This document shows, one piece after another, positions 1 through 8,972 of a DNA stretch of 64,000 nt. Source of the stretch: a virus; the IMG/VR virus record IMGVR_UViG_3300022745_000628, positions 64,001-128,000 of that record. One strand, written 5' to 3'. The notes under the pieces are model-generated. The model searched no databases. It was not told the origin of the DNA and worked only from the letters and a program-made list of their open reading frames with translations. Within the stretch, counting starts at the first letter, position 1; every line of letters begins with the position of its first letter. The translations under genes were made by a program, and so were the position numbers.

Positions 1-2
1 CG

Positions 3-674
3 GCTAGCAAGGCATTGCCTTATATACAAAGCGGCGCAGAAAGTGTTGGATCCGCAGTCAATTCTGGATTGGCAGGACTTAGCGATCTAAAAGATCGTAT
101 AGGTGCAGCTATTACGCCAGGCGAAGATAACGCAGGTGTGTATTCCGGACTATATGGTCCTACGTTGGCAACTGGCGCAGCTATGGGCGGCGTTGGATTA
201 GGAATGTACGGAGCTCACAAATTAATCAAAGGTATTAAATCTCGGCAGCGCGATGCGCAACTTGCTGAAGCTAAGCGAAAATACGAAAAGGCCTTGCAAG
301 AAGAATACGAGTCTATGTTGCTGCAGAAGCATTCCGTTGACAGTTTGTACGAAAAGCGCGCGGATCTGGCATCTATGGCAAATTCGTTGTACGCCAATAC
401 ATACGGCCCGCTAGTTTCTACTATTACCGGCACACCTAAAGAAGAAGCTTGGCGATCGTATTTAGGCACCATGCTTGCTTTAACAGCGGCAGGCGGCGCT
501 GGCGGATATGTAGCCGGTCGCTATATGACTGCCAAGAAGAGTCCGGAGCAGCTTAAAAAGAAGATTTTGCAACAACGCCAGGCTCAGCGGGAAGCAACCC
601 CGTACTCCGCCATTCCGTTCGGGTACACTGTTCCTGTAGACCCGAGTACTCACGTATTAGAATCGCTGGGATAA
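3..674 (+). CDS. Gly/Ala-zipper-containing putative virion (head-internal) protein, probably 5'-truncated by the window
   Basis: Frame is open from base 3 (track start at TTG 15); hydrophobic Gly-rich segments GAAMGGVGLGMYGA and LTAAGGAGGYVAG; EKRA motif. Confidence 0.55.
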   Translation, partial: ASKALPYIQSGAESVGSAVNSGLAGLSDLKDRIGAAITPGEDNAGVYSGLYGPTLATGAAMGGVGLGMYGAHKLIKGIKSRQRDAQLAEAKRKYEKALQEEYESMLLQKHSVDSLYEKRADLASMANSLYANTYGPLVSTITGTPKEEAWRSYLGTMLALTAAGGAGGYVAGRYMTAKKSPEQLKKKILQQRQAQREATPYSAIPFGYTVPVDPSTHVLESLG

Positions 675-676
675 AA

Positions 677-1006
677 ATGGATAAATCGGATTCCGATCAA
701 GATCTCGAATCGGTCGAGTTGCTGCCAGCGTTCTACTGGATTTGTCAAGAATGCGGTAAAAATCAGTATCAGCATGCTATTCATGTTGAAATGTCGGCGG
801 AAGACATGCAAGAAGTGTTGGAAGATCTGGGAATCGATATAGCTGAGCAGTTAGGTAGTGGAGAATTTTTGAAGATCCCAACTATCGTAGAATGTAAGGA
901 TTGCTCCTCGCGTTTTAAAGTAACCTGCCCATTCGTTAAAGACGAACCAGATACGGAAGAAAATGACCAATCCGATGGATCTGCATTTGGGGACTTCTCC
1001 GAATAA
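677..1006 (+). CDS. Small acidic zinc-ribbon protein
   Basis: Two CxxC pairs (CQEC, CKDC); overlaps the RNAP gene start by 44 nt. Confidence 0.55.
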   Translation: MDKSDSDQDLESVELLPAFYWICQECGKNQYQHAIHVEMSAEDMQEVLEDLGIDIAEQLGSGEFLKIPTIVECKDCSSRFKVTCPFVKDEPDTEENDQSDGSAFGDFSE

Positions 1007-4000
1007 TAATCAACCGTCTGCATTAGACGGTTACGACGGATTAGAGTCGCAAGCACCGGATATTCCAGCTATATCTCCGGAAATTACCGAGAAAGACTTA
1101 CGCGAGTTTGCGCATCCGCAGCAATTGCGTGCCGCTATATATGACAAAACTCTAGCTGCCGCGCAAGCGATCCAGCCTGTGCAAAATAATCGGTACAAGT
1201 TATCTGTCACCGACGTACATTACGCGGATCCAGACCATTTTGATCTAACTAAACAAAAACAAGCGCTATTGTCCGGCGGATCTATTGGCCGAAGACTTCG
1301 CGGTACATGGGTACTAGAAGATGCAGCTGGAAACACTCTCGGAAGCAAAACAACGACTTTGGCACGTATTCCGCATTTGACTGACCGCGGTACGTTCATT
1401 AATAATGCCAACGAGTATTCACTAGTAAGCCAACTGCGGCTACGCCCAGGCATTTACACACGTAAAAAGGCTAACGGTGAAATAGAAGCACACGCTAACG
1501 TAACAAAAGGGCCTGGGCACAAGCTATTTCTAGATCCTAAGACCGGCGTATTCAAGCTAGGCATGCAACAATCCGAAATGCCAGTTGTTACGTTACTTAG
1601 GGCTATGGGTGTTAACGACGCGCAGTTGCGCGATGCTTGGGGTAACGAGCTAGCAGCCGCTAATATGCGCAAAGACGATGCGCAAGTCATTACTAAGCTG
1701 CACAAGAAGCTGGTACACAAGGTTGATCCTGACAAGTCGCCATCAGAGCAGGTAGTCGATGCTTTTCACCGTATGGAGCTGGATCCAGAAGTATCCGCGC
1801 GTACATTGGGACATCCGTACACCAATATGACGTCGGATGCGATACTGGCTACAACCAAAAAACTATTGGCTATTAGCCGTAATGAACAAGAAACGGACGA
1901 TCGCGATGCAATGCCGTTTCAAACATTGCACGGTCCGGAAGACTTATTGGCGGAGCGCTTGTCCAAATCACGCGGCACTATGAATAAGTTGCTGTGGAAA
2001 GCGTCAGCTAAAGGCGAGCTAGGTTCTGGTTTAAGCGGTGCTTTCGATGATGACGTTAAAAGTGCACTACTGACATCCGGGTTAGGTCAAGTGTTGGAGG
2101 AAGTTAACCTCGGTGAAGTGCTGGATCAGCAGAACCGGGTTTCGCGTATGGGTGAAGGTGGTATTACAAGCGGGGATTCGGTTCCTGAAGAGAGCCGTGC
2201 GCTCCATCCCTCACAATTCGGATTTATCGACATATTGCGTACTGCAGAAAGTTCGCGCGCAGGCGTCGATTTACGTCTAGCTAATTCTGTTCGAAAAGGG
2301 CCTAATAATACGCTGTATACCAAGGTTATTGATAGAGCAGGTAATCCTGTTTATCGTAAGCCTATTGCGATTGCCGATTCTGTTTTAGCATTTCCAGGTG
2401 AAATGGAGTCGGATACTCCATACGTTCGAGCCATTAAGAATGGCCGTGTAACTGTAGTAAAACGTGACGACGTGGATTACACAGTGCCGCATATGGAAGG
2501 CACCTTGTCACCTATGGCTAACCTCATTCCAGGCAAGTCAGCGGTTAAAGGTCAAAGACTAGTCATGGCATCTAGAATGATGCAACAAGCCTTACCGCTT
2601 AAAGAGCCTGAAGCGCCATTCGTACAATCTGCTAATCCAGATAAAGATGGCGAAAGCTTTGAAGAGACTTATTCTAAGTTCATGGGCGCAGTGAAAGCTG
2701 ACCAGCGTGGCCGAGTTATGGCTGTATCGCCAGACCATATTGAAGTTAAATACGCCGACGGCGATACTAAAAAAATTGAGCTGGCTAACAATTTCCCGCT
2801 TAATCGTAAGACTATGTACACGCAAACAGCTGCGGTACAACCCGGCGATTTTATACAGCCCGGTCAATTGCTGGCACATTCCAACTTTACAGACAAGCAG
2901 GGTGTTACAGCGTTAGGTAAAAACCTTCGTATAGCGTATATGCCATACGACGGGCGTAATTGGGAAGACGCGGTGGTTATCAGTGAATCGGCTGCTAAGA
3001 AGTTCACGTCTGAGCATGCTTATAAGCACGACCACGAGTTTACAGAGGCCGATAAGCCAGGCCGCGCGCGTTACATTAGTATCTTTCCAGGCAAGTACAA
3101 CAAAGAAACGCTAAGCAAATTTGATGAAAAAGGTGCTATTAAACCCGGTACTACGGTAAAAGCAGGCGATCCGCTGCTGCTTATGGTTTCTGAAAAAGAG
3201 CGCAATAAGAAATCTATGATTCGCGGCAATAAGTCTGTGTTTCAAGATAAGTCGATTCTGTGGGATCACGATTACGATGGACAAGTTACCGACGTAATTC
3301 ATACGCCTAAAGGTATGTCCGTAGTTGTTAAAGCTTATAAGCCCACGCAAGTAGGGGATAAACTTAGTCCCAGATATGGGGACAAAGGCATTATCAGTCA
3401 TATCGTTCCGGACGAACAGATGATACATGACGCTGATGGTAAACCATATGAGATGTTAGTTAGCCCGCTTGGCTTAACATCTCGTATTAATCCAATGCAG
3501 TACGTGGAAAACGCGCTAGGTAAAATTACCGAAAAAACAGGTAAAACCTACAAAATCAAGGATTTTGACGGTAACACAGACTTAGCGCAATATGCCGCAG
3601 ACGAGCTCAAAAAGCACGGGCTTTCTGACACTGAGACGGTGATCGATCCTAGAACCGGTAGAAAAATACCGGGCATTGTGACCGGCAATCGTTGGGTAAT
3701 GAAATTGCATCATATGGCTGCGGACAAGTTACAAGGTCGCGGACTGGGGTCTTACGATGCTACCGGCGCGCCAGCTGGTAAGACTGAAACATCCGACTCG
3801 AGTAAACGGCTTGGGATGTTAGAAGTTAATGCGATAATGTCTTCGGGCGCTACGAATGTCTTGCGAGAGGCGGGGCTATTGCGTGGGCAAGCTAATCCGC
3901 AATACTGGTCGGAATACATGTCCGGACTGGATCCTAAGACGCCAGAAGTCCCGTTTGTATACGACAAGTTTGTTAACATGCTGAAAGCAGCCGGGATTAA

Positions 4001-5444
4001 TCCAGTGCGGAATGGGCCTAAAACCCAGCTTATGGCACTGACAGATGCCGATATAGATAAGTTAGCTGGCAATCGAGAGCTCAAAAATGCTGAGACGGTT
4101 AACTGGAAAGACATGGCGCCGGTGGATGGCGGCTTATTTAGCCAAGATCTAACTGGTGGGCACGGATCCATAGGCGGCGGAGGCGGCTCGAGATGGAGCT
4201 ATATGTCTTTGCATACGCCTTTACCTAATCCTGTAATGGCTGAGCCAATTCGGCGTGTACTTGGTTTAACTAAACCGCAGTTTGAAAATATTATCGCTAG
4301 TAAGGATAGTATTAACGGCGAGACTGGCCCGCAGGCTATTCACAATGCGCTTAAGAAGATTGATGTGACGCGAGAACTTGCGCAAGTACGTGAGCAAATC
4401 AAATCTGGTAAAAAGACCAAGCGCGATGATGCAATTCGTAAAATCGGCTATCTAAAGACTGCTGAACGTTTGCAAATGCATCCGTCTGAATGGATGTTGA
4501 GTAAAGTGCCGGTTATACCGCCTATTTTCAGACCTGTGTCTGTAATGGGCTCGAAAAAACTACCGTTGGTAGACGACGCTAACTATTTGTACAAAGAACT
4601 GTGGGACGCTAACCAGACAGTTAAAAACCTGTCTAAGCATTTAGATCCTAAGGATTATGGCGATGAAATGTTGGCGACTTACAAAGCGTTCCAAGCTGTA
4701 ACGGGTTTAGGCGATCCGTTACAAGCCAAAAATAAAGAGCGCGGCGTTGCCGGCATATTAAAGCATGTACTCGGAGCTGGCGGCCCTAAGTCTAGTATGA
4801 TCCAGCGTAAGTTGCTTGGAAGTACTACTGACTTCGTTACGCGCGGTGTAATTGCACCAAACCCAGATTTACATATGGATCAGGTAGCGCTACCAGAAGA
4901 GCAAGCCTGGGATATGTACCAGCCGATGCTTGTTCGTCGAATGGTGCGTAGCGGTATGAGTAAGATGGATGCGTTGCGAGCTGTCGAGCAAAGACAACCG
5001 GTTGCTAAAAAAGCACTAGACAACGAACTCGAGGACGGCGTTGTGTTGTTCAATCGAGCTCCGACTTTGCACCGTTATGGCATTATGGCTGCAAAGCCGG
5101 TGCTGACTAAAAACAAAATTATCGAATTACCTACGTTCGTTTACGCTGGATTGGGCGCAGACAATGACGGTGATCAGATGAACATCCACGCTTTAACGAC
5201 ACAATCCGCTAAAGATGAAGCCATGGAAAAGATGTTGCCATCGAAGAATTTGTTCAATGTCAGCGAATTCAAGGTGCACCAGCTGCCATCCAAAGATTAT
5301 GTGGCTGGACTGTACGCTGCATCTACTGCACGAGACGACAAGAATCAGGTTATGTATTTTGATAGCCCAGAAGCTGCTATCAGAGCATATAAAGCTGGTC
5401 GAATCGATCTTGGTCGGCGTGTGAAAATATTAGATAAGAACTAA
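963..5444 (+). CDS. rpoBC: DNA-directed RNA polymerase, beta subunit fused to N-terminal half of beta'
   Basis: Beta motifs: GTFINNANEYSLVSQLRLRPG, RVSRMGEGGI, ALGKNLRIAYMPYDGRNWEDAVVISE, GDKLSPRYGDKGIIS, MKLHHMAADK, KRLGMLEV; then beta' motifs: GGLFSQ, KVPVIPPIFRP, RKLLGSTTDFVTRGVI, FNRAPTLHRYGI, catalytic GADNDGDQMNIH (5154-5174), PSKDYVAGLY. Confidence 0.95.
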   Translation: MTNPMDLHLGTSPNNNQPSALDGYDGLESQAPDIPAISPEITEKDLREFAHPQQLRAAIYDKTLAAAQAIQPVQNNRYKLSVTDVHYADPDHFDLTKQKQALLSGGSIGRRLRGTWVLEDAAGNTLGSKTTTLARIPHLTDRGTFINNANEYSLVSQLRLRPGIYTRKKANGEIEAHANVTKGPGHKLFLDPKTGVFKLGMQQSEMPVVTLLRAMGVNDAQLRDAWGNELAAANMRKDDAQVITKLHKKLVHKVDPDKSPSEQVVDAFHRMELDPEVSARTLGHPYTNMTSDAILATTKKLLAISRNEQETDDRDAMPFQTLHGPEDLLAERLSKSRGTMNKLLWKASAKGELGSGLSGAFDDDVKSALLTSGLGQVLEEVNLGEVLDQQNRVSRMGEGGITSGDSVPEESRALHPSQFGFIDILRTAESSRAGVDLRLANSVRKGPNNTLYTKVIDRAGNPVYRKPIAIADSVLAFPGEMESDTPYVRAIKNGRVTVVKRDDVDYTVPHMEGTLSPMANLIPGKSAVKGQRLVMASRMMQQALPLKEPEAPFVQSANPDKDGESFEETYSKFMGAVKADQRGRVMAVSPDHIEVKYADGDTKKIELANNFPLNRKTMYTQTAAVQPGDFIQPGQLLAHSNFTDKQGVTALGKNLRIAYMPYDGRNWEDAVVISESAAKKFTSEHAYKHDHEFTEADKPGRARYISIFPGKYNKETLSKFDEKGAIKPGTTVKAGDPLLLMVSEKERNKKSMIRGNKSVFQDKSILWDHDYDGQVTDVIHTPKGMSVVVKAYKPTQVGDKLSPRYGDKGIISHIVPDEQMIHDADGKPYEMLVSPLGLTSRINPMQYVENALGKITEKTGKTYKIKDFDGNTDLAQYAADELKKHGLSDTETVIDPRTGRKIPGIVTGNRWVMKLHHMAADKLQGRGLGSYDATGAPAGKTETSDSSKRLGMLEVNAIMSSGATNVLREAGLLRGQANPQYWSEYMSGLDPKTPEVPFVYDKFVNMLKAAGINPVRNGPKTQLMALTDADIDKLAGNRELKNAETVNWKDMAPVDGGLFSQDLTGGHGSIGGGGGSRWSYMSLHTPLPNPVMAEPIRRVLGLTKPQFENIIASKDSINGETGPQAIHNALKKIDVTRELAQVREQIKSGKKTKRDDAIRKIGYLKTAERLQMHPSEWMLSKVPVIPPIFRPVSVMGSKKLPLVDDANYLYKELWDANQTVKNLSKHLDPKDYGDEMLATYKAFQAVTGLGDPLQAKNKERGVAGILKHVLGAGGPKSSMIQRKLLGSTTDFVTRGVIAPNPDLHMDQVALPEEQAWDMYQPMLVRRMVRSGMSKMDALRAVEQRQPVAKKALDNELEDGVVLFNRAPTLHRYGIMAAKPVLTKNKIIELPTFVYAGLGADNDGDQMNIHALTTQSAKDEAMEKMLPSKNLFNVSEFKVHQLPSKDYVAGLYAASTARDDKNQVMYFDSPEAAIRAYKAGRIDLGRRVKILDKN

Positions 5445-5506
5445 TGCGACACAGCACCGGTTGTACAATTAAAACATCGCTTTCTTCTATTAGGATTTAA
5501 CTACGT

Positions 5507-6391
5507 ATGCCCAAACAAAACGGAACGTCTAATCTAATTTGGTCGTCTCGAGAGATCCCGGACGAAATATCCCAGCCAATCACCAGCGCAGCTGGGCATA
5601 TCGCAGAGGGTGTTAAAGATAATCTTGGACTAGGATTAGGTGCCGGCGGAGCGGCCGCGGTAGCCAATCAATTAGCTAATCGGGCGATGCCTAATATCGC
5701 TACGAGTAAGCCTGTAGTTGGGCCGGGTATGCTACGGGCCGCTGCCAAGATCGTTGGTCCGTGGCGCACACCGGCGGCAGGCGCTGCGGTTAGCTCGCTA
5801 ACGCACGGGCGATCTGCAATCGCTGGTATTCTCCAGAACTTGGCTAATGTAGCCAGCAGAGCAAAAACGCCGATACAAGCTGGAGCCGGTAATACATTAA
5901 AATGGTTAGGAGCCGGGGCTGTTGGCGGAGCCGGTTATGGCGCGTACAAAGGCTATCAAAACGCAGAGAAAGCAAGAACGGAAGCTATGGATACAATTCA
6001 AACTCGTCCTGTTGTTAAATGGAGCTCCGCGCGCGATTTCGGACGTCTGGCCGGTTATAAGCTCGCTGCTGACGTGACTGCTGATGCGCCGGCTGCTAAA
6101 GAGCGCCGACCGCTTAACCAGATTAACGGTAATGACATTGTTGGCGGTGCAACATTCGGGTGGCTAGGTAATCGGATTGGCGCACACGTGCCGGTACAGA
6201 ATCCTGCTGCCAGCTCGTATGCTTCGCAAGGTATGCACAGCAGTATTCCAAATATTGGCAAGATCCTTGCGTTAAACAGCAAACGTATGCCACCGGTGAC
6301 TAATGACCCTAAAGCCAAGTTAATCGGTACAATCTTAGGTGCTTTAGGCGGTGTCGGTGTATCCAAAGGGGTCGACGCCTTAGGCGGTTAA
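5507..6391 (+). CDS. Gly/Ala-zipper putative membrane-active virion protein
   Basis: Several GxxxG-rich hydrophobic stretches (GLGLGAGGAAA, GAGAVGGAGYGAY, IGTILGALGGVGV); YKLAA motif. Confidence 0.6.
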   Translation: MPKQNGTSNLIWSSREIPDEISQPITSAAGHIAEGVKDNLGLGLGAGGAAAVANQLANRAMPNIATSKPVVGPGMLRAAAKIVGPWRTPAAGAAVSSLTHGRSAIAGILQNLANVASRAKTPIQAGAGNTLKWLGAGAVGGAGYGAYKGYQNAEKARTEAMDTIQTRPVVKWSSARDFGRLAGYKLAADVTADAPAAKERRPLNQINGNDIVGGATFGWLGNRIGAHVPVQNPAASSYASQGMHSSIPNIGKILALNSKRMPPVTNDPKAKLIGTILGALGGVGVSKGVDALGG

Positions 6392-6410
6392 TTTTCGGAG
6401 CGATGTACAG

Positions 6411-6440
6411 TTGACGGATACCATACCAATTCGTAACAAT
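6411..6440 (+). promoter_or_regulatory. Sigma70-like promoter candidate for tnpB
   Basis: TTGACG (6411-6416), 17-nt spacer, TAACAAT (6434-6440); -10 match is weak. Confidence 0.35.
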
Positions 6441-6449
6441 TCATAACCA

Positions 6450-7625
6450 ATGTTAATTTCCAGACGTATTGAACTCGATCCAAACAACAAGCAGGTTGGT
6501 CTGTTCCGGCGGCACGCCGGTACAGCTAGGCACGCTTGGAACTGGGGTTTGGCCGAGATCAAGAAGGTCTTGGAAATCCGCAAGGTTGAAAAAGAGCGAA
6601 CTGGCAATGCTGTTACCAAAGTGCCCACCGCGATGGACTTGCACAAACGACTTGTTGCCGAAGTTAAAGTAGCAAACCCTTGGTATTACGATGTTTCGAA
6701 ATGTGCGCCGCAAGAAGCGTTACGCAACCTCGAAAAAGCGTGTAAACGCGTTTTCAAAGTTAAAGGTACTGGGTTTCCTAAATTCAAAAAGCGTGTCAGG
6801 CGTGCTGTATTTGAGTTGACTAATTCTACTTTCAGACGAGCTGGCAAGAAGATTAAGTTGCCGGTTATTGGCTGGATTCGTTGCAAAGAAGCCATCCCGG
6901 CTGACCACGTTATCAAATCAGTGTGTATTAACCAGCGAGCCAATCGTTGGTTTCTGGCTTACAGCTACGAAGTCGAAACCGTTGTCGCCAACGGTCATAC
7001 CGACACAGTAGGTGTCGATCTAGGGCTTAAAACCTTAGCGACATTGTCCAACTGCGAGACCATTGTTCAGCCAAAGCAGCTCAAGCTGCAAAAGAAACTA
7101 GTCAGGTTGCAGAGAAAGCTTGCCCGTCAAAAACGCGGCAGCAACCGACGTAACGTTACCAAGCAAAAGCTTGCAAACGTACATTATCGAATATCTTGTA
7201 TTCGAGCAGATCTAACGCACAAGTTAACTTCACGCTTAGCCAAAAACCACGGCGTAATTGCGATTGAAGACTTGAACGTTCAAGGAATGCTTAAAAACCA
7301 TTGTCTAGCCCGATCTATTGCCAACGCAAACTTTTCGGAGTTTCGAAGGCAGCTCGAATACAAGACTTTACTTTACGGTTCGCAACTCGTTGTTGTCGAC
7401 CGTTGGTTCCCGAGCTCAAAGACTTGTCATGTCTGCCAACATAAGCAGGAAATGCCTTTGTCTAAAAGGGTATTTTGTTGCGAACAATGCGGACAAACGT
7501 CTGACCGGGATTTGAACGCGGCCAAGAACCTAGCAGCGGCCGGCTTGGCCGTTTTAGCGCAAAGAACCCGCAGAGTGGGATCGCTTTGCGAACTAACCAA
7601 AGACGCTACTTGTAGCGTTTTGTAA
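6450..7625 (+). CDS. tnpB: RNA-guided endonuclease TnpB (IS607-like)
   Basis: N-terminal HTH-like IELDPNNKQ..AGTARHAWNWGL; RuvC-I GVDLG, RuvC-II IEDL, zinc finger CHVC/CEQC, RuvC-III DRDLNAAKNL; catalytic D/E/D intact. Confidence 0.92.
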   Translation: MLISRRIELDPNNKQVGLFRRHAGTARHAWNWGLAEIKKVLEIRKVEKERTGNAVTKVPTAMDLHKRLVAEVKVANPWYYDVSKCAPQEALRNLEKACKRVFKVKGTGFPKFKKRVRRAVFELTNSTFRRAGKKIKLPVIGWIRCKEAIPADHVIKSVCINQRANRWFLAYSYEVETVVANGHTDTVGVDLGLKTLATLSNCETIVQPKQLKLQKKLVRLQRKLARQKRGSNRRNVTKQKLANVHYRISCIRADLTHKLTSRLAKNHGVIAIEDLNVQGMLKNHCLARSIANANFSEFRRQLEYKTLLYGSQLVVVDRWFPSSKTCHVCQHKQEMPLSKRVFCCEQCGQTSDRDLNAAKNLAAAGLAVLAQRTRRVGSLCELTKDATCSVL

Positions 7626-7639
7626 GTATTAGAAAGCAG
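7558..7639 (+). ncRNA. 3' part of putative TnpB omega/reRNA scaffold
   Basis: Two hairpins overlapping the tnpB 3' end: CGCAAAG/CTTTGCG (7558-7590) and AAGACGCTA-CTTG-TAGCGTTTT (7600-7621); 5' extent unknown. Confidence 0.45.
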
Positions 7640-7650
7640 CGAATTGATTT

Positions 7651-8304
7651 ATGAACGAAGTATTGATGAAATTGGCGCAACGCCGTATTTGGAGTGACGC
7701 TGTCGCTCAAAGTAAAACGGCTGTTGTCGGGCCCGGTGGCCCGCCTCCTATGGCACAACCACCTATGGACCCGTCCCAAGGTGGAGTTGCGCCACCAATG
7801 GATCCATCTCAAATGGGTGGAGCTCCGCCCATGGGTATGCCTGCGCCTCCAGCTGGAGCCGGTATGCCAGATCCGATGCAAGCGCCGGCTATGGCGCAGC
7901 AACCGGCTCCGACTCCCGCACCAGTAAAACAAAAGGCAGAAGATTGGTTGCCAAAGCTTGATACCAGGCTTTACAACCTACAGCAACAACTTTCGGCGAT
8001 TATGCAAGCTGTTGGCGCTCAGCTGCCAACCGATGCAATCATCTTGCCGCCTGGCGCATCAAATCCACCTATGGAAGCCGCTATGCCACAACCAGGGCCG
8101 CCGCAGCCGCCAGCAGACCCTGCGGCAGCGGGAATGCCTCCTGGCGCCGATCCTTCGGCTATGGCTGGTGATCCTTCGGCCATGATGGCGGACCCATCAG
8201 CAATGGCTAAGCAAAGCTCTATCTCGGATATCATCCGTAGTTCCGACAAAGCAAGTGCAGCTCAAGCGCTTGCTTTATTGCTGCGTAGACCGGTTACAGC
8301 TTAA
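7651..8304 (+). CDS. Pro/Met/Ala-rich low-complexity protein, putative head core/scaffold-like
   Basis: PPMDPSQ and DPSAM repeats flanking a short helical segment (LDTRLYNLQQQLSAIMQAVG). Confidence 0.65.
   Translation: MNEVLMKLAQRRIWSDAVAQSKTAVVGPGGPPPMAQPPMDPSQGGVAPPMDPSQMGGAPPMGMPAPPAGAGMPDPMQAPAMAQQPAPTPAPVKQKAEDWLPKLDTRLYNLQQQLSAIMQAVGAQLPTDAIILPPGASNPPMEAAMPQPGPPQPPADPAAAGMPPGADPSAMAGDPSAMMADPSAMAKQSSISDIIRSSDKASAAQALALLLRRPVTA
8149..8211 (+). repeat. 3 x 21-nt coding tandem repeat (DPSAMAG/DPSAMMA/DPSAMAK)
   Basis: gatccttcggctatggctggt / gatccttcggccatgatggcg / gacccatcagcaatggctaag. Confidence 0.8.
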
Positions 8305-8335
8305 GGCACACAGCAGTAACTATTACGCGCATGAG

Positions 8336-8371
8336 ATCCACATTGTATAAACACAGTGTGGATTTTTTTTT
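8336..8371 (+). terminator. Intrinsic terminator
   Basis: ATCCACATTGT-loop-ACAGTGTGGAT stem followed by a T-run. Confidence 0.75.
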
Positions 8372-8388
8372 ATTAGTCAGGAAACGCT

Positions 8389-8631
8389 ATGCTTGTCGAA
8401 TCTCATAATAAATTGGCGAATATCCAGAAATTTGCAGCTACGCGCGTAGTGATTTACGACGATTTCAATAATCCTATCGCGTTAGCCGTACAGCTTGATT
8501 CTGGTACGTATGTCACTAGTACGCTAGGGCAACCAGACTTTGCCGCATTACTGCAGAATTGTGGTGTACAATCAACCACGGTTATTACAGAGGTAGCACA
8601 CGTACCTCGTAGCCAGTTGAAATTCCAATAA
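8389..8631 (+). CDS. Hypothetical protein
   Basis: 80-aa ORF with upstream AGGA, same strand and spacing as neighbours. Confidence 0.55.
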   Translation: MLVESHNKLANIQKFAATRVVIYDDFNNPIALAVQLDSGTYVTSTLGQPDFAALLQNCGVQSTTVITEVAHVPRSQLKFQ

Positions 8632-8650
8632 CCTGATACAGGAGCAACTA

Positions 8651-8941
8651 ATGTCAGGATCAGCAATGCTGGATCAAATCAGCGAGATTATGCAACTTAC
8701 CAAGGAAGTTGCCGTGTTAAAGACTCAGGTGTCCGAGCTACAACAGGCGGTTACCGGGCTTGTGGAAGTGATGAACGACACGGCTGCGCGGACTAGCGTG
8801 TTTATGCTTACCAATTCTCAAATAATGCTGCGAAAAGGTGTTTGTACCGAAGCAGAGTGGGTGCACGTGCTGGAAGAAAGTAAGGTAGCCGTAGAGGAAG
8901 AGCAAGCTAGTGCCGCTGCAATAGCTGCCGAAGGCGCCTAA
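8651..8941 (+). CDS. Hypothetical coiled-coil protein
   Basis: 96-aa ORF with upstream AGGAG; heptad-like pattern. Confidence 0.6.
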   Translation: MSGSAMLDQISEIMQLTKEVAVLKTQVSELQQAVTGLVEVMNDTAARTSVFMLTNSQIMLRKGVCTEAEWVHVLEESKVAVEEEQASAAAIAAEGA

Positions 8942-8972
8942 TCCGACAACCGTTGTAACGTAAAATAGTTAC

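Larger units (their letters stand above)
6399..7642 (+). mobile_element. Non-autonomous IS607/IS200-IS605-superfamily element carrying only tnpB
   Basis: AGCGA present at both inferred borders (6399-6403, 7638-7642); about 10-nt-period CAAT direct repeats at 6427-6451; no tnpA; 3' hairpins. Confidence 0.6.

Noticed and set aside
5154-5174. RNAP inactivated by loss of NADFDGD
   Set aside because: All three Asp are retained and the surrounding motifs and reading frame are intact
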